Positions 1 to 13,627 of a DNA stretch of 34,909 nt are shown one piece after another. Below the pieces are notes generated by a model. The model did no database searches, had not been told where the DNA came from, and saw only the letters and a list, made by a program, of their open reading frames with translations. The stretch is from contig JAUCBJ010000474.1 of assembly GCA_032718475.1 (NCBI GenBank), forward strand, positions 1-34,909, given 5' to 3'. This DNA comes from Nemertoderma westbladi (taxonomy: Eukaryota > Animalia > Xenacoelomorpha). The stretch's first letter is position 1; each line of letters begins with the position of its first letter. Made by a program: the position numbers and the translations under genes.

Positions 1-735
1 GGGAGAGGCTTTAGTTGACCTGTACTCAAAATTGGTGGTGGCTTTTCCCCTTTCAGCATCCGGTTGCAAACATCCAAAAATGGTCTGTTTAGCACTCCGG
101 TTTTCCATACCTCCGCTGGGATTTAATCTAATCCACTCGCTTTATTATTGGACATGCTTTTAATGCTTCTTTGGAGTTCAGTGGCTGTGAAGTCCCCTGT
201 TTCTATCGGTAGCGTCTTGTCATATATTTTCCTTGTAGGGCTGACTCGATGTTTGGTGGCTGCCCAAGCAAGTTACTGAAGTGATATTTCCATTTCCCAA
301 CACTCTTCAGGACTATCAGCTTTTAGCTTTTAGGTATTAGCTTTTAACTATTCGCTTTTCAGCTATCAGCCCCTTAGCACAACTTTTCCGACCTGGTACC
401 TAATTTACAGTTTGCCAGGTAAGAGATTGTTGATTTTTGATGTAGGTTGGTGAGCAGTTGTGATTTCTTCAATTTTATCCTGTATGTACTTTTCCTGGCT
501 TATGTTGTAGGTCAATTTAAGATATTCCTTAACTTTCTCAACCTTGTTGATGTTTTCGCTTTGCAGTTGTTCGGATTTCACTTTATGGGCTATCTGGTGA
601 TCATCTCTCTTACAAGTAACCTCAGAGTCTTACCATGGCACATACTGTTTTCTTTTGGATTTCTCGGGAATATGCCTCTTGGCTGATTCCTTGTGAGCTT
701 TTATTATATTTGTAATTATATTTTATATTTTTGCT
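1..735 (-). mobile_element. Degenerate RTE-clade LINE fragment (linker/RT N-terminal region), intronic
   Basis: Position 1 aligns with 21549 of the RTE copy further right (GGGAGAGGCTTTAGTTGACC...), with many substitutions and indels. The right boundary is approximate. Confidence 0.85.
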
Positions 736-740
736 CGTTA

Positions 741-2260
741 ATCCAAAGAATTCCTGTTCACCACCATGAATGATCTTCCACAATGAACCTTTCCACTCTG
801 TTTCCTAAAGGAATGCCGGTTCCCCACCATGGGTGATCTTCCACAGTAAACCCTTCCACTCTGTTTCGTAAAGGAATGCCTGTTCCCCACCATGGGTGAT
901 CTTCCACAGTAAACCCTTCCACTCTGTTTTCTAAAGGAATGCCTGTTCCCCACCATGGGTGATCTTCCACAGTAAACCCTTCCACTCTGTTTCCTAAGAG
1001 AATGCCTGTTCCCTACGATGGGTGATCTTCCACAGTAAACCCTTCCACTCTGTTTCTTAAAGGAATGCCTGTTCCCCACCATGGGTGATCTTCCACAGTA
1101 AACCCATCCACTCTGTTTCCCAAAGCAATGCCTGTTCCCCACCATGGGTGATTTTCCACAGTAAACCCTTCCACTCTGTTTCCCATCGGAATGCCTGTTC
1201 ACCACCATGGGTGATTTTCCACAGTAAACCCTTCCACTCTGTTTCCCAAAGCAATGCCTGTTCCCCACCATGGGTGATCTTCCACAGTAAACCCTTCCAC
1301 TCTGTTTCCTAAAGGAATGCCACTTCACCACCATGGATGATCTTCCACAGTAAACCCTTCTACTCTGTTTCCTAAAGGAATGTCTGTTCACCACCATGAA
1401 TGATCTTGCACAATAAACCTTTCCACTCTGTTTCCTAAAGGAATGCCTGTTCACCACCATGGGTGATCTTCCACAGTATACCCTTCCACTCTGTTTTCTA
1501 AAGGAATGCCTGTTCACCACCATGGGTGATCTTCCACAGTAAACACTTCCTTCCACTCTGTTTCCCAAAGGAATGAAATGCCTGTTCACCACCATGGGTG
1601 ATCTTCCACAGTAAACCATTCCACTCTGTTTCCCAAAGGAATGCCTGTTCACCACCATGGGTAATCTTCCACAGTAAACCATTCCACTCTGTTTCCCAAA
1701 TGAATGCCTGTTCATCACCATGGGTGATCTTCCACAGTAAACCCCTCCACTCTGTTTCCCATCGGAATGCCTGTTCACCACCATGGGTGATCTTCCACAG
1801 TAAACACTTCCTTCCACTCTGTTTCCCAAAGGAATGGAATGCCTGTTCACCACCATGGGTGATCTTCCACAGTAAACCCTTCCACTCGGTTTCACAAAGG
1901 AATGCCTATTCACAATCATGGGTGATCTTCCACAGTAAACTCTTCCTTCCACTTTGTTTCCTAAAGGAATGCCTGTTCACCACCATGTGTGATCTTCCAC
2001 AGTAAACCATTCCACTATGTTTCCCAAAGGAATGCCTGTTCACTACCATGGGTGATCTTCCACAGTAAACCCTTCCACTCTGTTTCCCAAAGGAACGCCT
2101 GTTCACCACCATCGGTGATCTTCCACAGTAAACCCATCCACTCTGTTTCCTAAAGGAACGCTTGTTTACCACCATCGGTGATCTTCCACAGTAAACCATT
2201 CCACTCTGTTTTCTAAAGGAATGCCTGTTCACCACCATGGGTGATCTTCCACAGTAAACC
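741..2260. repeat. 63-bp minisatellite, about 24 units
   Basis: Unit is about TTCCACAGTAAACCCTTCCACTCTGTTTCCTAAAGGAATGCCTGTTCACCACCATGGGTGATC. It produces the 21-aa periodic ORFs. Confidence 0.95.
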
Positions 2261-2301
2261 TAGGCTGCAGCTATTAAATAAAGCATTGCACCCAAACAAT
2301 G

Positions 2302-2366
2302 ATGACCCACCTAGGGATCGAACCAGTGCCTCCTGAGCCCAGGAATGTATCCACAAGACCAACCTG
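2302..2366 (-). mobile_element. Possible degenerate tRNA-derived SINE head
   Basis: Minus strand reads ...TGGTCTTGTGG (A-box-like)...GGTTCGATCCC (Pol III B-box). No full cloverleaf. Confidence 0.35.
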
Positions 2367-2557
2367 TTATTTTAGTATTTACTCGATACTGGTATACAAT
2401 TTATTATTTTTTCAAATATTTTGACTTTATGAATCTTATAATTTGGATTTGATAAATATGTTCTATAAATATTAATTTAAATCACAATCGTTATGGATGT
2501 AATAATTCAACTACTTTTCTACTTGTAATATTAATAATAATAAATTTATCATTTTAG

Positions 2558-2743
2558 TTAACAATTGCCCTGAGGGTAAATACGCTACCAATGAAATATC
2601 GACTGGTTGCACGGATTGTGCAGCTGGAAGTTACAATGCCGGGAAATCTTACTGTTTGGGTTGTCCTTACAATACCTACAGTGAATCAGAAGGGGCAACA
2701 TCATGTACAGCATGTGATGATAATAAATACACAATAAATAAAG
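2558..2743 (+). CDS. Internal exon (first visible) of Cys-rich/EGF single-pass membrane protein; GCC2/GCC3-type repeat
   Basis: ttttag|...|GTTGGA, phase 1-1. Translates NNCPEGKYATNEISTGCTDCAAGSYNAGKSYCLGCPYNTYSESEGATSCTACDDNKYTINK. Confidence 0.85.
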
Positions 2744-2757
2744 GTTGGAAATTATTT

Positions 2758-3912
2758 TTGTATTGTATTGTATTGTATTGTATTGTATTGTATTGTATTG
2801 TATTGTATTGTATTGTATTGTATTGTATTGTATTGTATTGTATTGTATTGTATTGTATTGTATTGTATTGTTTTGTATTGTATTGTATTGTATTGTATTG
2901 TATTGTATTGTATTGTATTGTATTGTATTGTATTGTATTGTATTGTATTGTATTGTATTGTATTGTATTGTATTGTATTGTATTGTATTGTATTGTATTG
3001 TATTGTATTGTATTGTATTGTATTGTATTGTATTGTATTGTATTGTATTGTATTGTATTGTATTGTATTGTATTGTATTGTATTGTATTGTATTGTATTG
3101 TATTGTATTGTATTGTATTGTATTGTATTGTATTGTATTGTATTGTATTGTATTGTATTGTATTGTATTGTATTGTATTGTATTGTATTGTATTGTATTG
3201 TATTGTATTGTATTGTATTGTATTGTATTGTATTGTATTGTATTGTATTGTATTGTATTGTATTGTATTGTATTGTATTGTATTGTATTGTATTGTATTG
3301 TATTGTATTGTATTGTATTGTATTGTATTGTATTGTATTGTATTGTATTGTATTGTATTGTATTGTATTGTATTGTATTGTATTGTATTGTATTGTATTG
3401 TATTGTATTGTATTGTATTGTATTGTATTGTATTGTATTGTATTGTATTGTATTGTATTGTATTGTATTGTATTGTATTGTATTGTATTGTATTGTATTG
3501 TATTGTATTGTATTGTATTGTATTGTATTGTATTGTATTGTATTGTATTGTATTGTATTGTATTGTATTGTATTGTATTGTATTGTATTGTATTGTATTG
3601 TATTGTATTGTATTGTATTGTATTGTATTGTATTGTATTGTATTGTATTGTATTGTATTGTATTGTATTGTATTGTATTGTATTGTATTGTATTGTATTG
3701 TATTGTATTGTATTGTATTGTATTGTATTGTATTGTATTGTATTGTATTGTATTGTATTGTATTGTATTGTATTGTATTGTATTGTATTGTATTGTATTG
3801 TATTGTATTGTATTGTATTGTATTGTATTGTATTGTATTGTATTGTATTGTATTGTATTGTATTGTATTGTATTGTATTGTATTGTATTGTATTGTATTG
3901 TATTTGTATTGT
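2758..3912. repeat. (TATTG)n microsatellite, about 230 units
   Basis: Near-perfect pentamer run. The CIVLY ORFs are an artefact of it. Confidence 0.99.
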
Positions 3913-4102
3913 AAAGTACTTTAGAATAACAAAAGTGATGGCATTAATTTAGGTGAATTTCATTTATGGCTACTGCAGTTAAACGTGTAATTTTGTTATA
4001 TTATTATTACTAATGAGTATCCTACTCTACCGTGCTAAAGAAAGTATGATATATTTGTTATTTATTACTATAATATTTTGTAATATAAATTAATTTTTGC
4101 AG

Positions 4103-4252
4103 AAACCTCTGTCTCGAATGATTGCCGGTCGCAATGTAATTCAGGCGAATACTTCGACGTTCGGCAGGGCAGCTGTTTGGACTGCCCATCCGGCACTACT
4201 TACACTAACACTGTCACCAACAGATTGCCTGGGAAAGACGAGGCCTGTATAG
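4103..4252 (+). CDS. Exon 2 (in window), Cys-rich repeat
   Basis: ttttgcag|...|GTTAGT, phase 1-1. ETSVSNDCRSQCNSGEYFDVRQGSCLDCPSGTTYTNTVTNRLPGKDEACI. Confidence 0.85.
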   Translation, partial: KPLSRMIAGRNVIQANTSTFGRAAVWTAHPALLTLTLSPTDCLGKTRPV

Positions 4253-5768
4253 GTTAGTACTTCCCGTTATGTCAGGTGATTGGTAAGTACGTGGTCCAAA
4301 TTTTTCTATAATCTGACTTCCTGAGTGAAATTTAAACTAATGATTTAACAATTTATGCCTCTTTCAAAATATTTTCAAAATTTTTTTAAATATTTAAACT
4401 AGAGCAGATTTGTATCAAGATTCCAAATTTGAAAACCGTCAAACAATTTGGCCTCCCAGACATTGGCTGGCGACGATAAAATTGTTAAATTAAACTAACC
4501 CAAAGTAATGGACATTTAAAAAAAATAATGGCCAGTTCCACTTGGTGGGAATTTTTTAAATGGATGGGTCTGACTTGGTGAAAACTTCGATTTGAGTTCT
4601 CCAAATCCTACTCCCTCTTGGTGGGTCTTTTTTAAGAAGAATTAGTTGACTTGGTGATAATTCATATGAGTTTATGAGCCAACGTCTGGACTTGGTAGAG
4701 ATTATATTTTTTCTGCTATTCTCCACAAATGTACAGTATTTCTGCGCATTGACAATGTTGCCAAAAACTGGAAGTGAACAGTATTTTTTTTGAATAAGAT
4801 TAATTATTTTAAAAGAACTGCGGCGAATTAAGTTTAAAATAGACAATTTTCCCACGCTTTACTACCATGTTGATTAGCCTATACTGATCGTCTGAAACCG
4901 ATTCAACTGTTAATTGTGAAGCTCATCAACAGCCCAATACAATGGGCCTGTTGACGTTGACAGAAAAGTCAATGCTTCCTTCCTGACAGCTGATAAACAA
5001 AAGTTAGCCGAAACTCATACGTGAGTTTGAACCAAGTCACTGATTTTTATAATTGATAGTAACAATGTGTTGGCAAGCTGTATTTTTTTCGAGGTGTTTG
5101 TTATTATACATTTATTATATAGGAAGGGATCTAGGGGTCTTAACCTCGAATGATAAGTTTTATTTTACCGAAAATAACTTATCTTTTATCGGCGCAATTG
5201 TAGGACTAATCCCATCACATGCGTACTTTCCAACCGAGTAGTGTACAAATTTAAGAATCGCGGAATCGCGTTTGGGTTTTCACCAAGTGGAGATGCGTTT
5301 TAGAAAAATCCTCACCAGTTTAAGGGTTAATTGTAATTATTTTGATTAAAATCAGCTAAATACATGAAATATAAAGATTTTTTCAAAATTCTACAAGATA
5401 AATGTTAAAGTACTGCCGAAACCCTTTCGAATGAGCCTAAAATCAGGAGATTTGGTCGAAAAATAATTGCCTTTAAAGTTTGAACCTTCCCGGGCAAAAA
5501 CTGTGATGTAAGAATGTTTGACAATATATATCTAGCAACAAGAAAGCACAAAACCATTAGTAAGATATTTGCAATGTGGTTTTCCTGGAATTCCTGTTAG
5601 ACACTGGCCTTGAAGATGAGAATAATCATGCGAAATATATGATGATAAACGGTTGTGGTGGCTCAATTTTGTAGATCAGTCGGCATAGTGTAGCAATCTC
5701 AATAAGTAGACCGATTCCTAATTTCTCGTTAATCAAATATCATTAAACGATTGAATTATTTTTTGCAG

Positions 5769-5948
5769 GCAACTGTAACCGAGCTGGTTTCTTCTTTAGT
5801 ACCGGTAGTGGTACCTGTTTGCCATGTCCTTTGAATACATTCCAACCTAGCACGGGCCTAGCTACTGCCTGTATGCCTTGCGCGACGTCATCCTATACCG
5901 CAACAATTGCCTCGACCCAGGAAAGCGATTGCAAAAGCTGTCTACCGG
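5769..5948 (+). CDS. Exon 3, GCC2/GCC3-type repeat
   Basis: ttttgcag|...|GTTAGT, phase 1-1. GNCNRAGFFFSTGSGTCLPCPLNTFQPSTGLATACMPCATSSYTATIASTQESDCKSCLP. Confidence 0.9.
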
Positions 5949-6342
5949 GTTAGTTAAACTTAACGAGAATCGGAAATACTTTCATCTGAAAAAATTATTT
6001 ATCAGTTATCTGTCACTGTTAGTCAGTAAAAAACAGAGAGTGAAAGGAATACTTAGAGCTCACACTGTTATCTAAGGTCACTCAGTTAATTACTCTCTCA
6101 GTTTCCATAGCAACTACCGGTCGAAGGTAAACAAAAAACAAAGTGGGCTTGAGTTGAGAAGGATTTTTTGGAGGAAGTGGTGATTTTTTATTTTTTAAAT
6201 GAAATTTCAGAATTCAGTACAAAACTGAGTTTTACATTCGTTTGTCTCGTTGGAAAACCTGCCAATTTGTGCTCAAAACTCAATAGAATTTGACAGAATG
6301 TTAATTTACAAATCTAATTTCTGATACCGATTATTTCTATAG

Positions 6343-6489
6343 GACATTACTTGACGATATCCGGTTGTTTATCTTGTCCGCTGGGTAGTTACAGAGCTGA
6401 AGAAGATGACGTCCAGTACTGCGTTGGTTGTCCGTCAATGACATCCACATCATCTACGGGGTCCATTAAGTTCGGTGATTGCTCCGTAG
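6343..6489 (+). CDS. Exon 4, GCC2/GCC3-type repeat
   Basis: ttctatag|...|GTTAGT, phase 1-1. GHYLTISGCLSCPLGSYRAEEDDVQYCVGCPSMTSTSSTGSIKFGDCSV. Confidence 0.9.
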
Positions 6490-6502
6490 GTTAGTAAACT
6501 GC

Positions 6503-8856
6503 TAGTGTTATTTGTTACTGTTAGGCACTGTTCACTCACACTCATTAGTGTTATTTGTTACTGTTAGGCACTGTTCACTCACACTCATTAGTGTTATTTG
6601 TTACTGTTAGGCACTGTTCACTCACACTCGTTAGTGTTATTTGTTACTGTTAGGCACTGTTCACTCACACTCGTTAGTGTTATTTGTTACTGTTAGGCAC
6701 TGTTCACTCACACTCGGTAGTGTTATTTGTTACTGTTAGGCACTGTTCACTCACACTCGTTAGTGTTATTTGTTACTGTTAGGCACTGTTCACTCACACT
6801 CATTAGTGTTATTTGTTACTGTTAGGCACTGTTCACTCACACTCGTTAGTGTTATTTGTTACTGTTAGGCACTGTTCACTCACACTCGTTAGTGTTATTT
6901 GTTACTGTTAGGCACTGTTCACTCACACTCGTTAGTGTTATTTGTTACTGTTAGGCACTGTTCACTCACACTCGTTAGTGTTATTTGTTACTGTTAGGCA
7001 CTGTTCACTCACACTCGTTACTGTTATTTGTTACTGTTAGGCACTGTTCACTCACACTCATTAGTGTTATTTGTTACTGTTAGGCACTGTTCACTCACAC
7101 TCATTAGTGTTATTTGTTACTGTTAGGCACTGTTCACTCACACTCATTAGTGTTATTTGTTACTGTTAGGCACTGTTCACTCACACTCGTTAGTGTTATT
7201 TGTTACTGTTAGGCACTGTTCACTCACACTCGTTAGTGTTATTTGTTACTGTTAGGCACTGTTCACTCACACTCGTTAGTGTTATTTGTTACTGTTAGGC
7301 ACTGTTCACTCACACTCGTTAGTGTTATTTGTTACTGTTAGGCACTGTTCACTCACACTCGTTACTGTTATTTGTTACTGTTAGGCACTGTTCACTCACA
7401 CTCATTAGTGTTATTTGTTACTGTTAGGCACTGTTCACTCACACTCATTAGTGTTATTTGTTACTGTTAGGCACTGTTCACTCACACTCGTTAGTGTTAT
7501 TTGTTACTGTTAGGCACTGTTCACTCACACTCGTTAGTGTTATTTGTTACTGTTAGGCACTGTTCACTCACACTCGTTAGTGTTATTTGTTACTGTTAGG
7601 CACTGTTCACTCACACTCGTTACTGTTATTTGTTACTGTTAGGCACTGTTCACTCACACTCGTTAGTGTTATTTGTTACTGTTAGGCACTGTTCACTCAC
7701 ACTCGTTAGTGTTATTTGTTACTGCTAGGCACTGTTCACTTACACTCATTAGTGTTATTTGTTACTGCTAGGCACTGTTCACTCACACTCGCTAGTGTTA
7801 TTTGTTACTGCTAGGCACTGTTCACTCACACTCGTTAGTGTTATTTGTTACTGTTAGGCACTGTTCACTCACACTCGTTAGTGTTATTTGTTACTGTTAG
7901 GCACTGTTCACTCACACTCGTTAGTGTTATTTGTTACTGCTAGGCACTGTTCACTCACACTCATTAGTGTTATTTGTTACTGTTAGGCACTGTTCACTCA
8001 CACTCGCTAGTGTTATTTGTTACTGTTAGGCACTGTTCACTCACACTCGTTAGTGTTATTTGTTACTGTTAGGCACTGTTCACTCACACTCGCTAGTGTT
8101 ATTTGTTACTGTTAGGCACTGTTCACTCACACTCCCTAGTGTTATTTGTTACTGTTAGGCACTGTTCACTCACACTCGTTAGTGTTATTTGTTACTGTTA
8201 GGCACTGTTCACTCACACTCGCTAGTGTTATTTGTTACTGTTAGGCACTGTTCACTCACACTCCCTAGTGTTATTTGTTACTGTTAGGCACTGTTCACTC
8301 ACACTCCCTAGTGTTATTTGTTACTGTTAGGCACTGTTCACTCACACTCCCTAGTGTTATTTGTTACTGTTAGGCACTGTTCACTCACACTCGTTAGTGT
8401 TATTTGTTACTGTTAGGCACTGTTCACTCACACTCGCTAGTGTTATTTGTTACTGTTAGGCACTGTTCACTCACACTCCCTAGTGTTATTTGTTACTGTT
8501 AGGCACTGTTCACTCACACTCCCTAGTGTTATTTGTTACTGTTAGGCACTGTTCACTCACACTCGTTAGTGTTATTTGTTACTGTTAGGTACTGTTCACT
8601 CACACTCGTTAGTGGTATTTGTTACTGTTAGGCACTGTTCACTCACACTCGTTAGTGTTATTTGTTACTGTTAGGCACTGTTCACTCTCACTCGTTAGTG
8701 TTATTTGTTACTGTTAGGCACTGTTCACTCACACTCGTTAGTGTTATTTGTTACTGTTAGGCACTGTTCACTCACACTCGTTAGTGTTATTTGTTACTGT
8801 TAGGCACTGTCCACTCACACTCGCTTCGCTATAGTGTTATTTGTTACTGTTAGGCA
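6503..8856. repeat. 43-bp minisatellite, about 54 units
   Basis: Unit TTAGTGTTATTTGTTACTGTTAGGCACTGTTCACTCACACTCG, highly homogeneous. Confidence 0.98.
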
Positions 8857-8857
8857 C

Positions 8858-9551
8858 GCAGTTATTGTTGTAAATCCGTGGTTCCATGATAAAATGGCAG
8901 TTATTATTGTCAATCTGTGGTTATATGATAAACTGTCGGTTATAATTGTAAATCTGTGGTTCTATGATAAACTGGCAGTTATTATTGTAAATCTGTGGTT
9001 CTATGATATAGTGGCAGTTATAATTGTAAATCTGTGGTTCTATGATAAACTGGCGGTTATAATTGTAAATATGTGGTCATATGATAAACTGGCGGTTATT
9101 ATTGTAAATCTGCGGTTCTGTGATAAACTGGCAGTTACAATTGTAAATCTGTGGTTCTGTGATAAACTGGCAGTCATTATTGTAAGTCTGTGGTTCTATG
9201 ATATAGTGGCAGTTATAATTGTAAATCTGTGGTTCTATGATAAACTGGCGGTTATAATTGTAAATCTGTGGTTCTGTGATAAACTGGCGGTTATAATTGT
9301 AAATCTGTGGTTCTATGATAAACTGGCAGTTACAATTGTAAATCTGTGGTTCTGTGATGAACTGGCGGTTATAATTGTAAATCTGTGGTTCTATGATAAA
9401 CTGTCGGTTATAATTGTAAATCTGTGGTTCTATGATAAACTGGCAGTTATAATTGTAAATCTGCGGTTCTATGATAAACTGGCGGTTATAATTGTAAATC
9501 TGTGGTTCTGTGATAAATTGATAAACTAGCAGTTATTATTGTAAATCTGTG
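8858..9551. repeat. 39-bp minisatellite, about 17-18 units
   Basis: Unit GTTATAATTGTAAATCTGTGGTTCTATGATAAACTGGCG. Explains the 13-aa periodic ORF at 8834-9529. Confidence 0.95.
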
Positions 9552-9689
9552 TTTGTATGGTGAACGTTGTTCAATGTATAAGTTTACTTTCAGTTTGTAA
9601 GTCGTAAGTAAATTACATTTCAACCCGTTCTCTACGATTCTCTCATTGGCTAATTTTATCTCAAATATTGTTGGGTTATATTTTTGTAG

Positions 9690-9851
9690 ACCGGTGCCAT
9701 CCGGGCCACTACTATGACGACGATATTACCGATTGCATGCCCTGTCCTATCGGTACATACCAACCAAACTACGGAGAATCCGAGTGTTTCTCTTGTCTCT
9801 CAGGAATGATAACTCTTGGTATCAGGTCTACCAAAGCATCCCAATGTTACC
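9690..9851 (+). CDS. Exon 5, GCC2/GCC3-type repeat
   Basis: ttttgtag|...|GTAAGT, phase 1-1. DRCHPGHYYDDDITDCMPCPIGTYQPNYGESECFSCLSGMITLGIRSTKASQCY. Confidence 0.92.
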
Positions 9852-10326
9852 GTAAGTATCTCCAGTAGACACACCATATCATATTGTATTCAGGTACTAC
9901 AGACTCACCGACCCCTAAATAAGTCACATATGCGTAGAAACATGGACAGTTTAATCTTCATATTTTCATGTGGGTCACTTTTATTTCCACTTTCATACTT
10001 TTTTTACTTGCGTTTGAAAAATGCGTCTGAATTTTGTTCACAATTAATTAAGTATTTACTTTGTTGTGATATGGGTTAGAACATATTTTAGTGTATTGGT
10101 TATTTTTTTTATATTGTTTCGGAATTCCTCCCATTTAGATTCAAAACATACAAACGTCCATATCTAAGTCACATATTTCGTAAAGAAATTTAGAAATCCA
10201 GATTTGGAAATTAATTTTCTCAATCCTGTTAGTAATAATAATAATATGATAAATGAAATTAATATTCTCAATGTAATTCCATATATTTTTGTTTGTTCCA
10301 TTTTTTTTGGTAATATTTTTCCGCAG

Positions 10327-10479
10327 GTCCCAAATCGTGCGATGGCGGTGGGGAATCGATATGCAGCGAGTCGGCAAGTTGTATAGACACTTGGGTTACC
10401 CAGGACAACAAGGAAGTCACTCCCGATTGGTATTGCGACTGCAATACTGGTTACTCAGGCAACGGATATCAGTGTAAAA
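10327..10479 (+). CDS. Exon 6, EGF-like domain
   Basis: ttccgcag|...|GTAGGT, phase 1-1. RPKSCDGGGESICSESASCIDTWVTQDNKEVTPDWYCDCNTGYSGNGYQCK (six Cys, CxCxxGYxGxGxxC). Confidence 0.9.
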
Positions 10480-10519
10480 GTAGGTCGAAACGATTCTAGG
10501 TTACGGTTGTTACGGTTGA

Positions 10520-11095
10520 TACTTAATCAAGCACACGATTTTGCACTGGCTGGTCCTCACGGCGAAAGCAATGTCCTGCAAAGCGGAGGCGATTTTGTTC
10601 TAGTGTCAAGCTTGGGGGAACCAATGAGACACCTCCAACAATGAACACAATGAACCCGGCGTAGCATTCTTGTGAATGTGCCATCCAGAGATTTGGTGTC
10701 CTCAGCAGTTAGAGCCCAGCATGGACTCCCATAGAGGAGTACTGAAGCTACTGCTGCTCTAAATAATCGAACCTTAAGTTTCCGATTAGTTCTCGGTGAC
10801 TATCAAATCCTGGAAAGCCTATTCAAGCCTTTCCCATACGTATTCGAAGGTCCTCATCTGACTTCCGGATCCATGATCCCAGGTAACAGAAGTCGTCCAC
10901 ATGCTCAAGCATACCATCCTTTGAGCTTATGCTCATCCGATCAGAGACTTGCTGAGAACTTTCAAAGTTTACTGTCAAAATTTTGGTCTTTCTGGAGTTA
11001 ATAAAAAGACCAACACTAGAAGCAGCCTGTTCTAATGAGCTGAGGAGCTCTAGTGATTCTGAGAGTACTCCTAAGTCATCAGCAAAGTCTATCTT
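10520..11095 (-). mobile_element. Old, degenerate RTE-clade LINE RT fragment (not in ORF track)
   Basis: Hand translation of the minus strand gives DFADDLGVLS (about 11085), LEHVDDFCYLGSWI (about 10890) and RAAVASVLLYGSPCWALT (about 10740), collinear with the RTE at 32762-33417, with stops and frameshifts. Confidence 0.8.
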
Positions 11096-11269
11096 AATAC
11101 GAACTTAACTTAATAACTATAGTTTAGTTTAATAACTATTACAACAATCCAGTTGAGGATATTGTTGGTATAAATTACATGAATTGCACTAGCACAGAAA
11201 TATTGACAATTAAATTTAACAATCTTTACATTCCTGGCACCGCCAAAATATTGGTAACAACATTGCAGT

Positions 11270-13490
11270 GACCGCTACATTATGTACGACAAAGATATTG
11301 GTTAAACACTTAACCCAACAACAGCTGTGGATCCCGCAGCTCAAACGCTCTCAACAAAAACAAAGCCAAATTGTTGGTTTTATCATCAGTGGAAAGGAAC
11401 TTTGTAAGTATAAAGCGATACTTAAGATTGTTGGATTTTGTGTGAACATAACTGGCAGATATTTGCGCCTTAACTCTACATATAAAGGACACTCTAGTAA
11501 AAAATGGTATTCACTTTCCACCATGTTCAAGTTGCAAACTTTACAGATTCGTTGAGCGCGTGAAGTGCGATACCAACGTCCTACTTCTATTTCGAGTTTA
11601 TGAGAAGTACAAAGAAATCTAGCTAAATTTAAGCGCACTGAGATAAGACTCAGCTTCGAATATTCGTTTCACATAGAAATCACCTTTTGGAGAGTTTTGA
11701 ATAGTAGACCACCAGCTCTGGATATACTGATCTGAATAACTTTTTTTGCCGACAGTAACAGTGTATTTACATTTGAGACCTCCTGCGAGTTCCAAGCCCA
11801 ATTTAACGCCAGCCTATTTACCAAACAACGAATTTTTGATGCCCAGTTAGTTGCACCTTTGGTGATTGTATCATCTAGAAGCATTAAATATGCTTGTTTA
11901 ACTAGCCGGGTATTGGGTAGATTAAGTATTCGTACCCAGAATTTTAGAATAGCAACCATACGGTCAAACACAATTGGATAAGTTGCCGTTTCGCCATGTA
12001 CAAAATCAGGTGTAGACATTTTCAGGGATAAACTTTGTTTGGTGAATCTAAGATATATTTTTTCTGTAACTTTTGAATCCTCAAACCCCCAAACCTCAGC
12101 CCCATATAAGTATTGGTTTAATGAGAGAAGAAAATAAATGATTTTTCAATCCAAAATCTACATGAGTGAAGTAGCTTAGATATCCCCGTATAGAAAAACA
12201 CGCTTTATTTGCCTTATCGGCTAATTGATTCTGGGTGATACTAAAGTAACCAGATGGGAGAACGTTATTCCTAGATATGTATACTCTGACACAATCTTCA
12301 TGGGAGCACCGCTAAAGTCCACTTTTCGTCTGCATACGTAAGGGTCCACCTTTCCTAAAAACTACAATATTTGATTTAGTTCTGTAAGCCCCCAGAAAGT
12401 GCAATAATACTCCAAGATGTCGAGTGACCCCTGGAGGCCTTGAACTGAACTGGATACCAACGCAATATCGTCAGCAAAAAGTAAAACTGAAAGTTCCATA
12501 CCCACACCTAGACCAGTAGAATTTCCCTTAGATAATTATAATTCCAAGTCGCTGATGAACAACGAAAATAATAAAGGAGACATGCACTCACCCTGTCTGA
12601 CCCCAATAAGGCAATCGAAGATCTCAGACACCTCACCGTTCCCTCAAACACGAGATTTCGCTTCATCATACATACTTTTAATGATATCATACAACTTGCC
12701 AGAGAATCCAAGGTTACCTAATTTAATCCATAGAGCACTGCGGTCAATTTTATCAAAAGCTTTTTGCAGGTCAATGAACCCGCAATAGATCTTGGTACCC
12801 TTAGAAGAGCCTATATAATGTTCAATGAGTGCACAAAAAGATGATCCGTGGTCCTGTAGCCGGCCCGAAACGCAGCTTGGGACTCAATCAAAATACCGTT
12901 AACGCTGACACCCATCATGTTAATCTAGCGTTTATTAAAGATGTGATTAATTTGCCTAGCACACTGAGAAGAGAAATACCTCGGTAATTATTTGAGTCAT
13001 TTTTGCTTCCCTTTTGTTTATAATTTGGGATAATTTGAGGGCCATTGCGTGGGAAACATACCAGAATACAGTACTGAGTTAAAAATTAATACTACCACCG
13101 GTGACAGGTTTTCCAACCCTTCGAGAAACATCTCGGGGTCAAGCATGTCCGGCCCAGAAGCCTTACCTCGCTTCATATTGCGCATACCTGCTAAAACCTC
13201 ATCCTCACCAAAAGGCTCAGAAAGGAAGTTTTCAAAAAAATTAAGATTTTGCAGATTAGAATTAAGAATTTTTGCAATATTAAGATCTTGAAAGTTTGAA
13301 GAATTACAATCAGATCCAATGTCGATAAAGTCAGAATTAGTTTCCGAATTTAATTGTCGAAAGTGCGATTCAAAATCGTCTATAGATATGTTATTGGACT
13401 GGGGTTTGCTTCCACCTGCTGATGCCTTTAAACGTTTCCAGAATTGCTTGGTTTCATTTACTTTGGCACGCATCAGCTTATTCGATTGGT
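11270..13490 (-). mobile_element. 5'-truncated, frameshifted non-LTR retrotransposon (RT plus C-terminal CCHC finger; RTEX-like, clade tentative)
   Basis: ORF pieces KASGPDMLDPEMF (13018-13473), LLFADDIAL (about 12470) and SHKLEIEVGRW...RICKVC...ESEYHFLLECPLY (11351-11638). Boundaries approximate. Confidence 0.85.
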
Positions 13491-13593
13491 TAGTTTAAAA
13501 TTGTATTTAAATTCTTAATGAAACATTCCAAAGAATGGGCCCATATGAAGTAGAAATATGCGCTATAAAACATTTCAGAAGGATAAATTTAAA

Positions 13594-13627
<34 letters not shown>

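Noticed and set aside
5310-5335. piggyBac-like end AAGGG-TTAA
   Set aside because: No matching opposite terminus found in the intron.
738-9529. Long periodic ORFs (404 aa, 389-422 aa CIVLY, 231 aa)
   Set aside because: Stop-free frames of intronic tandem repeats.
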